Below, one piece after another: positions 36,465-44,852 of a stretch of 62,047 bases of DNA. Each line of letters begins with the position of its first letter. Within the stretch, counting starts at the first letter, position 1. The notes under the pieces are model-generated. The model saw nothing but the letters and a program-made list of their open reading frames with translations, was not told the origin of the DNA and ran no database searches. Source of the stretch: an uncultured Candidatus Saccharibacteria bacterium (GTDB lineage: Bacteria > Patescibacteriota > SOKK01); assembly GCA_964518965.1 (NCBI GenBank), contig CAZFJP010000014.1, positions 1 to 62,047 of the forward strand, in the 5' to 3' direction. The position numbers were made by a program, and so were the translations under genes.

Positions 36465-36699
36465 TTCTTTTTGAGATGCCTCGCCATGAAGGCAGGGCTT
36501 GCTCTGGTAGTGTTTGTTTGAGCCAGAATTCTCTATTTTGAATTCCGCTTGAAGGGGGAAAGGGGCGTGTCTGCCTTTTGGGACACGCCCCTTAATTTTC
36601 CAATAGCTACTGATTATCTCATAGCGAAATGGTCTAGCAAAGCGGGAACTCTTTGGGCGCAGTCGGGTTTATCCAAAGAAAAAGCCCCGTGGCACGGGG

Positions 36700-37314
36700 C
36701 TATACTTGCTTTTTCTTTTTGCGATTTTTCCAGAACTCGCTGAATAGTTGAGTAAGATGACTTCCTTCTGTAAGCATTGAGTTAATCTCTTTGATAAGGG
36801 CATCAATGGCTGGATTGGGGTGGTCAAGGATCGTTCCGGCTTTAAAAGCAGGGAGGAAGAGATCACGGATAGCGACGATCTGGTTCTTTCTCTTTTCAAA
36901 CTCTATTTGTTTATTAGCGAGCTCGAGAAGGGGTGTACTGGTTTCTCGCTCCAGCGCTTGAGCGAGGCGGTGATAGGTTTTGTAGAAGATGCGACCGGTT
37001 TTGACTGCTTGGTCGCACTGATCGTCACCGACGAATAGTTCGTAGGAGAGTTTTCCGGGAGGAAGGAGAGTTAATTTCTTCTCTTCTTGATTGATGTACC
37101 CTTCTCCTCTTTCATCTGTTTGGGATATTGCTACCCACTTTGGAGAGAAGATTGTGAGAAGAGGAGAGTTGTCTATCTCAGTAGAGGGTTTTTCATTAGG
37201 AACAATTCCAAGGAAGTAGTCAATGACTTTTCCCTCGTATCTGACAATAATGAGAAATAGCTCACTGGCTGCTCCCTGACGGAACTTTTCGACAATCTCT
37301 TTTTTCCAGCTCAT
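36700..37314 (-). CDS. Hypothetical protein, no family recognised
   Basis: 204 aa of non-repetitive sequence. Terminator hairpin (agccccgt-ggc-acggggct plus T-run on the minus strand) starts at the stop codon. Confidence 0.6.
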   Translation of the reverse strand: MSWKKEIVEKFRQGAASELFLIIVRYEGKVIDYFLGIVPNEKPSTEIDNSPLLTIFSPKWVAISQTDERGEGYINQEEKKLTLLPPGKLSYELFVGDDQCDQAVKTGRIFYKTYHRLAQALERETSTPLLELANKQIEFEKRKNQIVAIRDLFLPAFKAGTILDHPNPAIDALIKEINSMLTEGSHLTQLFSEFWKNRKKKKQV

Positions 37315-37426
37315 TATTATTCCTCCGGTGCCGAGGTTAGTGTTGGGAAGTTACTTTCGACGGTTTTGGTTTACGCTCCACCTTACCAAATCCATCCCAT
37401 TTGTCAACATTTGCTATAATAAGGAC

Positions 37427-37535
37427 AAAGGTCAGAGGGTATAGGGCAGAGTTAAGACTTTTAGACTTCAAGTCTTTAAGACAAAAACTTTGCTCTCTGG
37501 ACTTTGCTCTCTGCTCTCTGCCCTCTGCCCTTATA
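37427..37535. repeat. Compound hairpin, AGGGCAGAG / CTCTGCCCT family
   Basis: ggtcagagggtatagggcagagtt .. ctctggactttgctctctgctctctgccctctgcccttatac. Ends 10 nt before the rtcB ATG. Confidence 0.85.
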
Positions 37536-37544
37536 CTGCACGTT

Positions 37545-38981
37545 ATGCTTCTCTTAAAGAAAGCCGATCTCAATAAGTACATCATTAAGAAAGCCGATCC
37601 AATGCTGGTGGATGTGGTGGTTTTTATTAGCGAGAAATTAAAGGGGGAGATTGAGAAGGATTTTTCGATTGAGCAATTAGTCGGGGCAGCTTCTTTAAAA
37701 GGTGTGATGAATCCAGTTGTGGGTTTACCTGATATTCATCAGGGTTATGGTCTGCCTATCGGCGGAGTAATGGCAATGAAGGAAGATGGTTTGGTTTCTG
37801 CGGGCGCGGTGGGGATGGATATTAACTGCGGAGTGAGATTAATTCGTTCTGATATCAAAGCAAATATTTTGGACCGACCTACGCTACGTAATTTGATGAT
37901 TAGCATTGAAAATAAAGTTCCTTTGGGAAGTGGGGGAAAGAATTTACAAGGTGAAATTATTCCTTTGGAAGAAATTGCGAAGAAAGGTGCTGGTGCTTGT
38001 ATTGCCCATGGCTTTGGCGTGAAGGAAGATTTGAAGCATACTGAAGAGAATGGTTGTCTTGGTCCGGCAACTTTGGTCACTTGTTCTGCGAGAGCAATTG
38101 CTCGAGGACGAGTACAAGCGGGAACGCTCGGGGCAGGGAATCATTTTATTGATTTGCAGGAAGTAGAGGAGATTTATGAGCCGGAGATTGCGGAGGTTTT
38201 TGGCTTAACAAAGGGAAATTTAGCAGTAATGATTCATTGTGGCAGTCGTGGACTGGGTCATCAAGTTTGTACTGACTATACTGAAGTGTTTTTACGAAAA
38301 TCTCGGCAGCTTGGTTTGTATATTCCTTTCAAGGGACTAGCTGCAGCGCCGATTAAATCAAAAGAAGGTCAGGATTATTTAGAAGCAATGACGGCGTCAG
38401 TTAATTTCGCTTTTGCTAATCGCCAGATGATAATGCATAATGTGCGGACAGTTTTTGAAGATGTTTTGGGACAAGGTTGGCAGAAATTAGGATTAAATTT
38501 GGTCTATGATGTCGCGCATAATATCGCAAAATGGGAAGAACATCAAGGAAAGAAAGTTTTAATCCATCGTAAAGGTGCCACGCGAGCATTGCCGAAAGGT
38601 CACCCACTTAATCCCGAGACTTATAAAGAGACAGGGCATCCCGCAATTATTCCTGGCTCAATGGGAACGTCGTCTTATGTAGTAGTTGGTACGGAAAAAT
38701 GTATCGAGTCCTATTTTTCTGTCAATCATGGCGCCGGTCGAAGATTAGCTCGCGGTGAAGCGCGCCGCACTGTAGACTTAAAAGGGTTTGAGAAGTGGAT
38801 GGAAGAACAAGGTATTCTAATCAACGAGCGAAATTTGTTGAATGTAAAAGACGAATCACCGTTTGCTTATAAAGATATTGAGGAAGTGGTTTCGGTTTTG
38901 GAAGAGCGGAGGATGATTAAGAAAGTGGCGAAGTTGAAACCAATCGGGGTGGTGATTGGAGTAGATCGAAGACATAGATAA
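37545..38981 (+). CDS. rtcB: RNA 3'-phosphate/5'-hydroxyl ligase RtcB
   Basis: GLPDIHQGYGLPIGG, GMDINCGVR, GAGNHFIDLQ, HCGSRGLGHQ, SVNHGAGR motifs. Start moved to ATG 37545 because 37401-37544 is repeat sequence. Confidence 0.95.
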   Translation: MLLLKKADLNKYIIKKADPMLVDVVVFISEKLKGEIEKDFSIEQLVGAASLKGVMNPVVGLPDIHQGYGLPIGGVMAMKEDGLVSAGAVGMDINCGVRLIRSDIKANILDRPTLRNLMISIENKVPLGSGGKNLQGEIIPLEEIAKKGAGACIAHGFGVKEDLKHTEENGCLGPATLVTCSARAIARGRVQAGTLGAGNHFIDLQEVEEIYEPEIAEVFGLTKGNLAVMIHCGSRGLGHQVCTDYTEVFLRKSRQLGLYIPFKGLAAAPIKSKEGQDYLEAMTASVNFAFANRQMIMHNVRTVFEDVLGQGWQKLGLNLVYDVAHNIAKWEEHQGKKVLIHRKGATRALPKGHPLNPETYKETGHPAIIPGSMGTSSYVVVGTEKCIESYFSVNHGAGRRLARGEARRTVDLKGFEKWMEEQGILINERNLLNVKDESPFAYKDIEEVVSVLEERRMIKKVAKLKPIGVVIGVDRRHR

Positions 38982-38989
38982 AATCGTTT

Positions 38990-39017
38990 GTAGAGACGCG
39001 CCATGGAGTGTCTCTAC
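38990..39017. repeat. Palindrome of the GTAGAGACGC..CATG..GCGTCTCTAC family
   Basis: gtagagacgcgccatggagtgtctctac, 9 nt after the rtcB stop. Confidence 0.8.
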
Positions 39018-39033
39018 GTTACTAACGCAATGT

Positions 39034-39064
39034 AAAAACAGGGTTTTCACTTCCCTGTTTTTTT
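39034..39064. terminator. Bidirectional intrinsic terminator
   Basis: aaaaacaggg-ttttcactt-ccctgttttttt between convergent rtcB and pilT. Confidence 0.8.
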
Positions 39065-39072
39065 AAATTGAA

Positions 39073-40122
39073 TTATTTCAGTTGTCCGAGAATTAACTCC
39101 GGCTCCGGGCTATATTGCACCGCGGTCTCCTTAGTAATAATTCCCAAGCGGTAAAGATTAGTTAAAGAATCATTCATTGTTTGGTTACCTCTAATCTTTC
39201 CCGTTTGAATCACATTTTTAATTTGGAAAGTTTTTCCGGTGCGGATCAAGTTGCGAATTGCATCGTCCACGAACATAATTTCACAGGCGGCAATTCGACG
39301 GCCTTGTTTGGTGGGAACTAGCTTTTGGGCAATGGTTCCTTTCAGGGTAGCGGCTAATTGAGTACGAATTTGCGCTTGTTTTTGAGCGGGGAAGACGTCA
39401 ATAATCCGATCAATTGTCTCAGTAGCATTATTAGTATGAAGTGTGGCGAAAACTAAATGACCAGTTTCCGCAGTAGTTAAAGTATTTTGAATGGTTTCTA
39501 AGTCACGCATCTCACCGACAAGTAAAACATCAGGATCTTCGCGTAAGGCCGATCGTAACGCTTTTGCAAAAGATAAAGTGTCACTACCGACTTCGCGTTG
39601 AGTAATTACACTACTTTTGTTTTGATAAACATACTCAATTGGATCTTCAATGGTAATAATATGAGCATTGCGGGTACGGTTCACTTCATCAACCAGTGCT
39701 GCTAAGGTCGTAGATTTACCTTCACCGCTTGAACCGGTAACTAAAACTAATCCTTGTTTCAAGTTGCAGAATTGTTTCACAATCGGATTGATTCCCAGTT
39801 GTTCAATTTGGGGAATGATATTGGGAATCAAGCGCATCGCAATTGCCGGACCGTTTTTCTCATTATAAACATTCACACGAAAGCGCGCATTTTGAGCTTG
39901 CAGGGATAGATCTAGCTCCTTATTTTTCTGAAATAGTTGCTGTTGTTCGGGAGAGAGAATTTCTTTAGCAAAACTTAAGAGATCTGTTTCTTTTAAAATA
40001 GCAAAATCAGTTAAAGGTGTAAGATTGCCATTAACTCGAATGACTGGATTGAGGCCGACTTTCAGATGAATGTCAGAAATCGGCTCGCGGGTTGCTTTTT
40101 CAATGATGTCTAAAAGCTTCAT
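39073..40122 (-). CDS. pilT: Type IV pilus retraction ATPase PilT
   Basis: 349 aa. Walker A GSSGEGKSTT, EDPIEY, LREDPDVLLVGEMRD, ETGHLVFATLHTN blocks. Confidence 0.9.
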   Translation of the reverse strand: MKLLDIIEKATREPISDIHLKVGLNPVIRVNGNLTPLTDFAILKETDLLSFAKEILSPEQQQLFQKNKELDLSLQAQNARFRVNVYNEKNGPAIAMRLIPNIIPQIEQLGINPIVKQFCNLKQGLVLVTGSSGEGKSTTLAALVDEVNRTRNAHIITIEDPIEYVYQNKSSVITQREVGSDTLSFAKALRSALREDPDVLLVGEMRDLETIQNTLTTAETGHLVFATLHTNNATETIDRIIDVFPAQKQAQIRTQLAATLKGTIAQKLVPTKQGRRIAACEIMFVDDAIRNLIRTGKTFQIKNVIQTGKIRGNQTMNDSLTNLYRLGIITKETAVQYSPEPELILGQLK

Positions 40123-40252
40123 TGAAACGTTATTTAAGTTGTTACTTAATTATACCACAAAAAACAGCTTCAGTAAAGGAAATTTGAGGGATAAGTCAAT
40201 TAAAATTAAAAACTGCCTTTTTCAGAGCAGTTTTTAATTAGAATTAACTTTT

Positions 40253-40813
40253 TTATCTCATTGCCTCGGCAACTTTTACTGCAATCTCGTCTTCGGTCAA
40301 TGGTCCGATCTTGATTGTGGAAACCTTTCCATTGGGTTTAATAAAGACTGTGGTTGGGAAAGCATTGATGCGGTAGTCGCTATTTAAGATGCCGTTTTTG
40401 TCATTAACCAATGGGAAAGTTAGTCCGTATTTATCGCGAAAGTTTTTTACGGCACTGGTTTTCTCGTTGGTGTAAATCCAGAGTAACTCTACTTCGCTTT
40501 TCTTTGCACTTTCGTAGTACTTTTGTAACTCGGGTGCTTCGGTGTTGCAAGGAGAGCACCAGGTAGCGCCGAAAGAGAGAATTAATACTTTTGCATCATC
40601 TTGATATTTCTGAAAATCAATAACATTTCCTTCTAAATCTTTTACTTCCAGTGCCTTTTCGGCAACTTTATCTAAATCAGTATTGTCACTGTTGCTAAGA
40701 TTACCGAATGGTCCGATTTTGGGAATGCAGGAACAGAAGCAACCGGGGGTGAAGATAAGGACGAGAAAAAAAGCGGGGAGGAGAAGAAGAGTAAACAGAA
40801 ATTTGTTGTTCAT
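40253..40813 (-). CDS. TlpA/ResA-like extracytoplasmic thiol-disulfide oxidoreductase (lipoprotein)
   Basis: 186 aa. Signal peptide with a Cys-containing lipobox region, thioredoxin fold with WCSPC. Confidence 0.85.
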   Translation of the reverse strand: MNNKFLFTLLLLPAFFLVLIFTPGCFCSCIPKIGPFGNLSNSDNTDLDKVAEKALEVKDLEGNVIDFQKYQDDAKVLILSFGATWCSPCNTEAPELQKYYESAKKSEVELLWIYTNEKTSAVKNFRDKYGLTFPLVNDKNGILNSDYRINAFPTTVFIKPNGKVSTIKIGPLTEDEIAVKVAEAMR

Positions 40814-40828
40814 CCTGATTATTAAAAG

Positions 40829-41194
40829 TTATTGTTTCTTACGATAATCAGCGATTGCTGCTCGTAAAGCATCAGCGGCTAAGTTAGAACAATGCATTTT
40901 AATCGGAGGCAGGCCGCCTAATTCTTGTGCCACTTGTTCATTGGTGATTTTTTCTGCCTCTTCTAATGTTTTTCCTTTTGCTAAATCAGTCATCACTGAA
41001 CTAGTTGCGATTGCTGCTGCGCAACCGAAAGTTTTAAACTTAATATCAGCGATTTTATCATTACTTACTTTAATAAACACCTTCATAATATCGCCGCAAA
41101 CCGGATTGCCGACGGTGCCAATACCGTCAGCGTCTTTAATCTCTCCGACATTATGCGGGTGGAAAAAATGTTCTTCAACTTTTTTAGAATACAT
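40829..41194 (-). CDS. iscU: IscU/NifU-like Fe-S cluster scaffold
   Basis: MYSKKVEEHFFHPHNVG.., GNPVCGD, FGCAAAIATSS, MHCSNLAADAL. Start moved to ATG 41194 because upstream is repeat sequence. Confidence 0.9.
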   Translation of the reverse strand: MYSKKVEEHFFHPHNVGEIKDADGIGTVGNPVCGDIMKVFIKVSNDKIADIKFKTFGCAAAIATSSVMTDLAKGKTLEEAEKITNEQVAQELGGLPPIKMHCSNLAADALRAAIADYRKKQ

Positions 41195-41196
41195 GA

Positions 41197-41266
41197 ATGA
41201 TGTTAGATGTAAAATGTCAGATGGCAGATGTAAATTTTTACATCTAACATCTTCCATCTTACATCT
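41197..41266. repeat. Long imperfect hairpin, GATGTTAGATG family
   Basis: atgatgttagatgtaaaatgtcagatggcagatgtaaa-ttt-ttacatctaacatcttccatcttacatct. Positions 41240-41259 are the reverse complement of 7883-7902. Confidence 0.85.
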
Positions 41267-41790
41267 TAATATTCAATCCCTTTCCTTGCCTGAAAACCAT
41301 TATGATAAGGATGCTTAATATCCTTCATCTCTGTCACTAGTTCCGCAATTTCTATTAGTTCTTTAGGGGTATAACGACCAGTGAGGACTAGTTCCAGATT
41401 CTCGGGTTTAGATTTTACTAATTTAACTACTTCTGGGACGTCGAGCAGTTTGAAAAAACAAGCGACATTAATTTCGTCCAATACGATTAAATCAAATTTT
41501 CCGCTTTCTATCAAGTTTTTTGCCTTAATTAAGCCATTTTTTGCTTGCTCTCTATCTTCTTGAGTGATGGCACTTTTGGTAATAAATTTTCCGGTGCCGA
41601 ATTGATAGATTTCGATCTCGGGAAATTTTTTGGTAATCATTTTAAACTCGCCAGTATCTTGGCGATTTTTTAAGAATTGTATCAAGGCAACTTTAAAACC
41701 ACTGCCTAAAGCACGGAGGATTAATCCCAGTGCCGCAGTGGTTTTTCCTTTTCCATTGCCAGTGTAAATTTGGATGATGCCTTTGTTCAT
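41266..41790 (-). CDS. cobO: ATP:cob(I)alamin adenosyltransferase, CobA/CobO/BtuR type
   Basis: GIIQIYTGNGKGKTTAALGL..RALG.G..V...QFLK, DLIVLDE. Start taken at MNKG (41790). Confidence 0.85.
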   Translation of the reverse strand: MNKGIIQIYTGNGKGKTTAALGLILRALGSGFKVALIQFLKNRQDTGEFKMITKKFPEIEIYQFGTGKFITKSAITQEDREQAKNGLIKAKNLIESGKFDLIVLDEINVACFFKLLDVPEVVKLVKSKPENLELVLTGRYTPKELIEIAELVTEMKDIKHPYHNGFQARKGIEY

Positions 41791-41798
41791 GGATGTCC

Positions 41799-44099
41799 TT
41801 ACGCACATTTAGAATACCCGCACGCGCGGCAGACAAAACATCCGCCTTCGTGTTCCAAAACTCCGCCGCATTCGGGACACTCGGGAGCAAAACCAGTGTC
41901 CGCGAGGGATTCTTTTGGAGTCGATCCTAAACCGGGTTGTTTGTCAACGATTGGAGCAGGTTCGGAGATCTTTTTCTGACCATTGGTATAGCCAAGGTCT
42001 AAGGTGGGCTGATCTTTTTTAGTGTGTTTTTCTAAGGTTTTTGCAATCGCGTCAGCAAGAGAGAGAATTGGTCCTTCCTTAGTCCAGGTAGGCATTGGTC
42101 CGCGAATTCCTTTTAGTTGATGGACTATTTCGTTAGGGTTGATTCCTGATCGTAAAGCCAGAGAAATCATTCTACTGATTGCTTCGCATTTGGCGCCGAA
42201 AAATCCTCCTGCTTTGCCGATGGTAGCAAAGATCTCAAATGGTTTGCCTTGCTCATCATCATTGATGGTAACATAGAGAGTACCGTAGGCGGTTTTTAAT
42301 TTATAAGTTTTGCCAATGGTAACATCTGGCCGCTCTCGTGGAGTAATCCCTTGAGCAATTATTGCTCTCTCGGCTTCTTTTTGTGTTTCTGTTTTTCCTG
42401 TTTGCAATACTTGCATTTCCCGACTACCATCTCGATAAACAGTAACACCTTTACATCCTAATTTATAAGCAAGTAAGTAAACCGTGCGAATGTCATCTTC
42501 AGTTGCTTCTTTAGGAAAGTTCACTGTTTTACTTACTGCGTTATTAGTATATTTTTGGAATGCTGCTTGCATTTTTAAGTGCCATTCTGGCGTAATATCA
42601 TGAGCGACAACAAAAATTTTCTTAATCTCTTCCGGAATTCCATCAATCTTAGCAATTGTTCCTTCTTGAGCAATTTCCTGCATCAGATCTTTGCGGTAAA
42701 ATCCTTTTTCTCTTGCTACTTGTTCAAAAATACTGTTTGTTTCCAATAATTTGTCGTTATCCATGACGTTCTTCACGAAGGAAATAGCAAAGAGTGGTTC
42801 AATTCCGCTTGAACAATTGGCAATAATACTAATTGTTCCTGTTGGAGCGATGGTAGTGCGGGTAGCATTGCGCAGTGGTTTATCTTTAGCATAGATGCTT
42901 TCTTTGAAACTAGGAAAAGCACCGCGTTTCTTTGCTAATTCTTCCGAGGCCTTTCTTGCTTCACTATCAATAAAAGACATTACTTTCTCGCCAATCTTAA
43001 TTCCTTCATTAGAGTTATACGGAATTTTTAAAAGAAAAAGCATCTCCGCGAAACCCATCACGCCTAAGCCAATCTTACGATTTAATCTTGTCATTTTTCC
43101 AATTTGTTCAATAGGATAGTGGTTCATGTCAATGACGTTGTCTAAAAAGTGAACTGATTTCCAAACGATGTCTTTGAGATGATCCCAATCGATATCATTC
43201 TCTTTAATCATTTGTTTCAGATTGATAGAGCCAAGGTTGCAGGATTCGTAAGGAAGAAGAGGTTGTTCGCCGCAAGGGTTGGTGGATTCAATTTCGCCTA
43301 GTTTCGGAGTAGGATTATCTTTATTCATCCGATCTAGGAAAATAATTCCCGGTTCGCCGTTTTTCCAAGCCATTTTGACAATCAGGTCAAAAACCTCTTT
43401 GGCGCGCAGTTTTTTAACGGTTTTTTTACTGCGAGGATTGATAAGAGGATATTCTTCATTATTTTCCACTGCTTTCATAAATTTCTCAGTGAGACCGACG
43501 GAAAGGTTGAAATTGTTTAAAGTGTTATTGTCTTTTTTTGCCTCAATGAAGTGAATAATGTCAGGATGATCAACTCTTAAAATTCCCATGTTTGCTCCGC
43601 GGCGGGTACCTCCTTGTTTGATTTCTTCAGTTGCAGCATTGTAGACACGCATGAAAGAAATTGGACCAGAGGCAATCCCACCAGTAGCTTGGACCACATC
43701 ATAAGAAGGACGGAGGCGTGAGAAAGAAAACCCGGTACCACCACCACTCTTGTGAATTAAAGCAGTATCTTTTAAGGTTTGAAAGATACTTTCCATGTTG
43801 TCTTCAATCGGCAAGACAAAACAAGCAGAAAGTTGCTGCAATTCTTTGCCGGCGTTCATTAGTGTTGGGGAATTAGGCATGAAATCCAGACTTGCCATCA
43901 GTTCATAGAACTCATCAGCAGTTCTTTTGACTTCTTCTGTGCTCGCGCCGTAGTTTTTATCTGCTTGAGCAATATTTTCGGCAACTCGCTCAAACATTTG
44001 CTTGGCGTTTTCAATCGGTTTGTGGTTGATGTCTTTCTTAAAATAGCGCTTTTTTAGCACGGTTAAAGCGTTTTTGGTGATCTTGGGTTCTCTGCGCAT
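41799..44099 (-). CDS. nrdJ: Adenosylcobalamin-dependent (class II) ribonucleotide reductase
   Basis: 766 aa. RNR barrel blocks (SACFVL, NPCGEQPL, TIAPTG) and a C-terminal CPECGG..C.VC.ACGYSKC zinc ribbon typical of NrdJ. Confidence 0.93.
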   Translation of the reverse strand: MRREPKITKNALTVLKKRYFKKDINHKPIENAKQMFERVAENIAQADKNYGASTEEVKRTADEFYELMASLDFMPNSPTLMNAGKELQQLSACFVLPIEDNMESIFQTLKDTALIHKSGGGTGFSFSRLRPSYDVVQATGGIASGPISFMRVYNAATEEIKQGGTRRGANMGILRVDHPDIIHFIEAKKDNNTLNNFNLSVGLTEKFMKAVENNEEYPLINPRSKKTVKKLRAKEVFDLIVKMAWKNGEPGIIFLDRMNKDNPTPKLGEIESTNPCGEQPLLPYESCNLGSINLKQMIKENDIDWDHLKDIVWKSVHFLDNVIDMNHYPIEQIGKMTRLNRKIGLGVMGFAEMLFLLKIPYNSNEGIKIGEKVMSFIDSEARKASEELAKKRGAFPSFKESIYAKDKPLRNATRTTIAPTGTISIIANCSSGIEPLFAISFVKNVMDNDKLLETNSIFEQVAREKGFYRKDLMQEIAQEGTIAKIDGIPEEIKKIFVVAHDITPEWHLKMQAAFQKYTNNAVSKTVNFPKEATEDDIRTVYLLAYKLGCKGVTVYRDGSREMQVLQTGKTETQKEAERAIIAQGITPRERPDVTIGKTYKLKTAYGTLYVTINDDEQGKPFEIFATIGKAGGFFGAKCEAISRMISLALRSGINPNEIVHQLKGIRGPMPTWTKEGPILSLADAIAKTLEKHTKKDQPTLDLGYTNGQKKISEPAPIVDKQPGLGSTPKESLADTGFAPECPECGGVLEHEGGCFVCRACGYSKCA

Positions 44100-44286
44100 G
44101 GGTTATAAATTAGTTAGAATTAACTTGTGAAAGGTGTCATTGCAAGGAGCGAATGAAATGAACGACGCGGCAATCCCGTGGGGTTAGCAATAACTAGACG
44201 GGATTGCCTGCCGGCAGGCAGGCTTTGCCCCGCCATGTACCAGACGGTACATGGTCCTGCAATGGAGCTCGCAATGACATTTAAAA

Positions 44287-44754
44287 TTACTGTTTCCTTT
44301 TCTTCGGAATGACTTTCTTAATTTCTTCCTGAAAGGTTTTTACATCTCTAAATTCGCGATAGACTGAAGCAAAACGAATATAGGCTACCTTATCAACACG
44401 TTTTAGTTCTTGAATAACAAATTCACCAATACGTCTACTTGCTATTTCATTATTTTTTGCTTCATTTTGAATGCGTTCTTCAATTCTAGTGATAATGCGC
44501 TTAAATCGTTCCTGATCAATATTGCGTTTTTCGCAGGCAATCCGAATGCCTTTTTCTAACTTATTCCGTTGATAGGGTTCTTTGCGTCCGTCTTTTTTAA
44601 TCACAATTAAGTTCAAAAGTTCAATCTCTTCATAGGTAGAAAAGCGAAAACCACACTTTAGACATTCACGGCGACGACGAATAGCCGATCCCTCGTCAAT
44701 CTCCCGCGAGTCAATTACTTTTGTCTCTTGGTTGTGGCACTTAGGGCAACGCAT
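44287..44754 (-). CDS. nrdR: Transcriptional repressor NrdR
   Basis: 155 aa. MRCPKCHNQETKVIDSR..C.KCG.RF.T.E zinc ribbon plus ATP-cone. Confidence 0.95.
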   Translation of the reverse strand: MRCPKCHNQETKVIDSREIDEGSAIRRRRECLKCGFRFSTYEEIELLNLIVIKKDGRKEPYQRNKLEKGIRIACEKRNIDQERFKRIITRIEERIQNEAKNNEIASRRIGEFVIQELKRVDKVAYIRFASVYREFRDVKTFQEEIKKVIPKKRKQ

Positions 44755-44852
44755 AGAATAAATTCAAATTCAAAAATCAAAATGCAAAAGTAAAGGTAAA
44801 GCGCAAAACTTGACTGCGGAGAGTAAAATAAAAAATGCTCTCATTTTTGCAT

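Noticed and set aside
36017-36487. 156-codon minus-strand ORF antisense to the basic-protein gene
   Set aside because: It is the Phe/Leu/Ala-rich mirror image of a Lys/Arg-rich, A/G-rich coding strand. It has no RBS, and the sense gene has both an RBS and sensible ends.
44100-44286. Cobalamin riboswitch in the nrdJ leader
   Set aside because: I looked on the minus strand for the B12 box (..GCCACTG..) and the GGGAA..GGTG core. Neither is present. The region is kept only as an unclassified structured leader.
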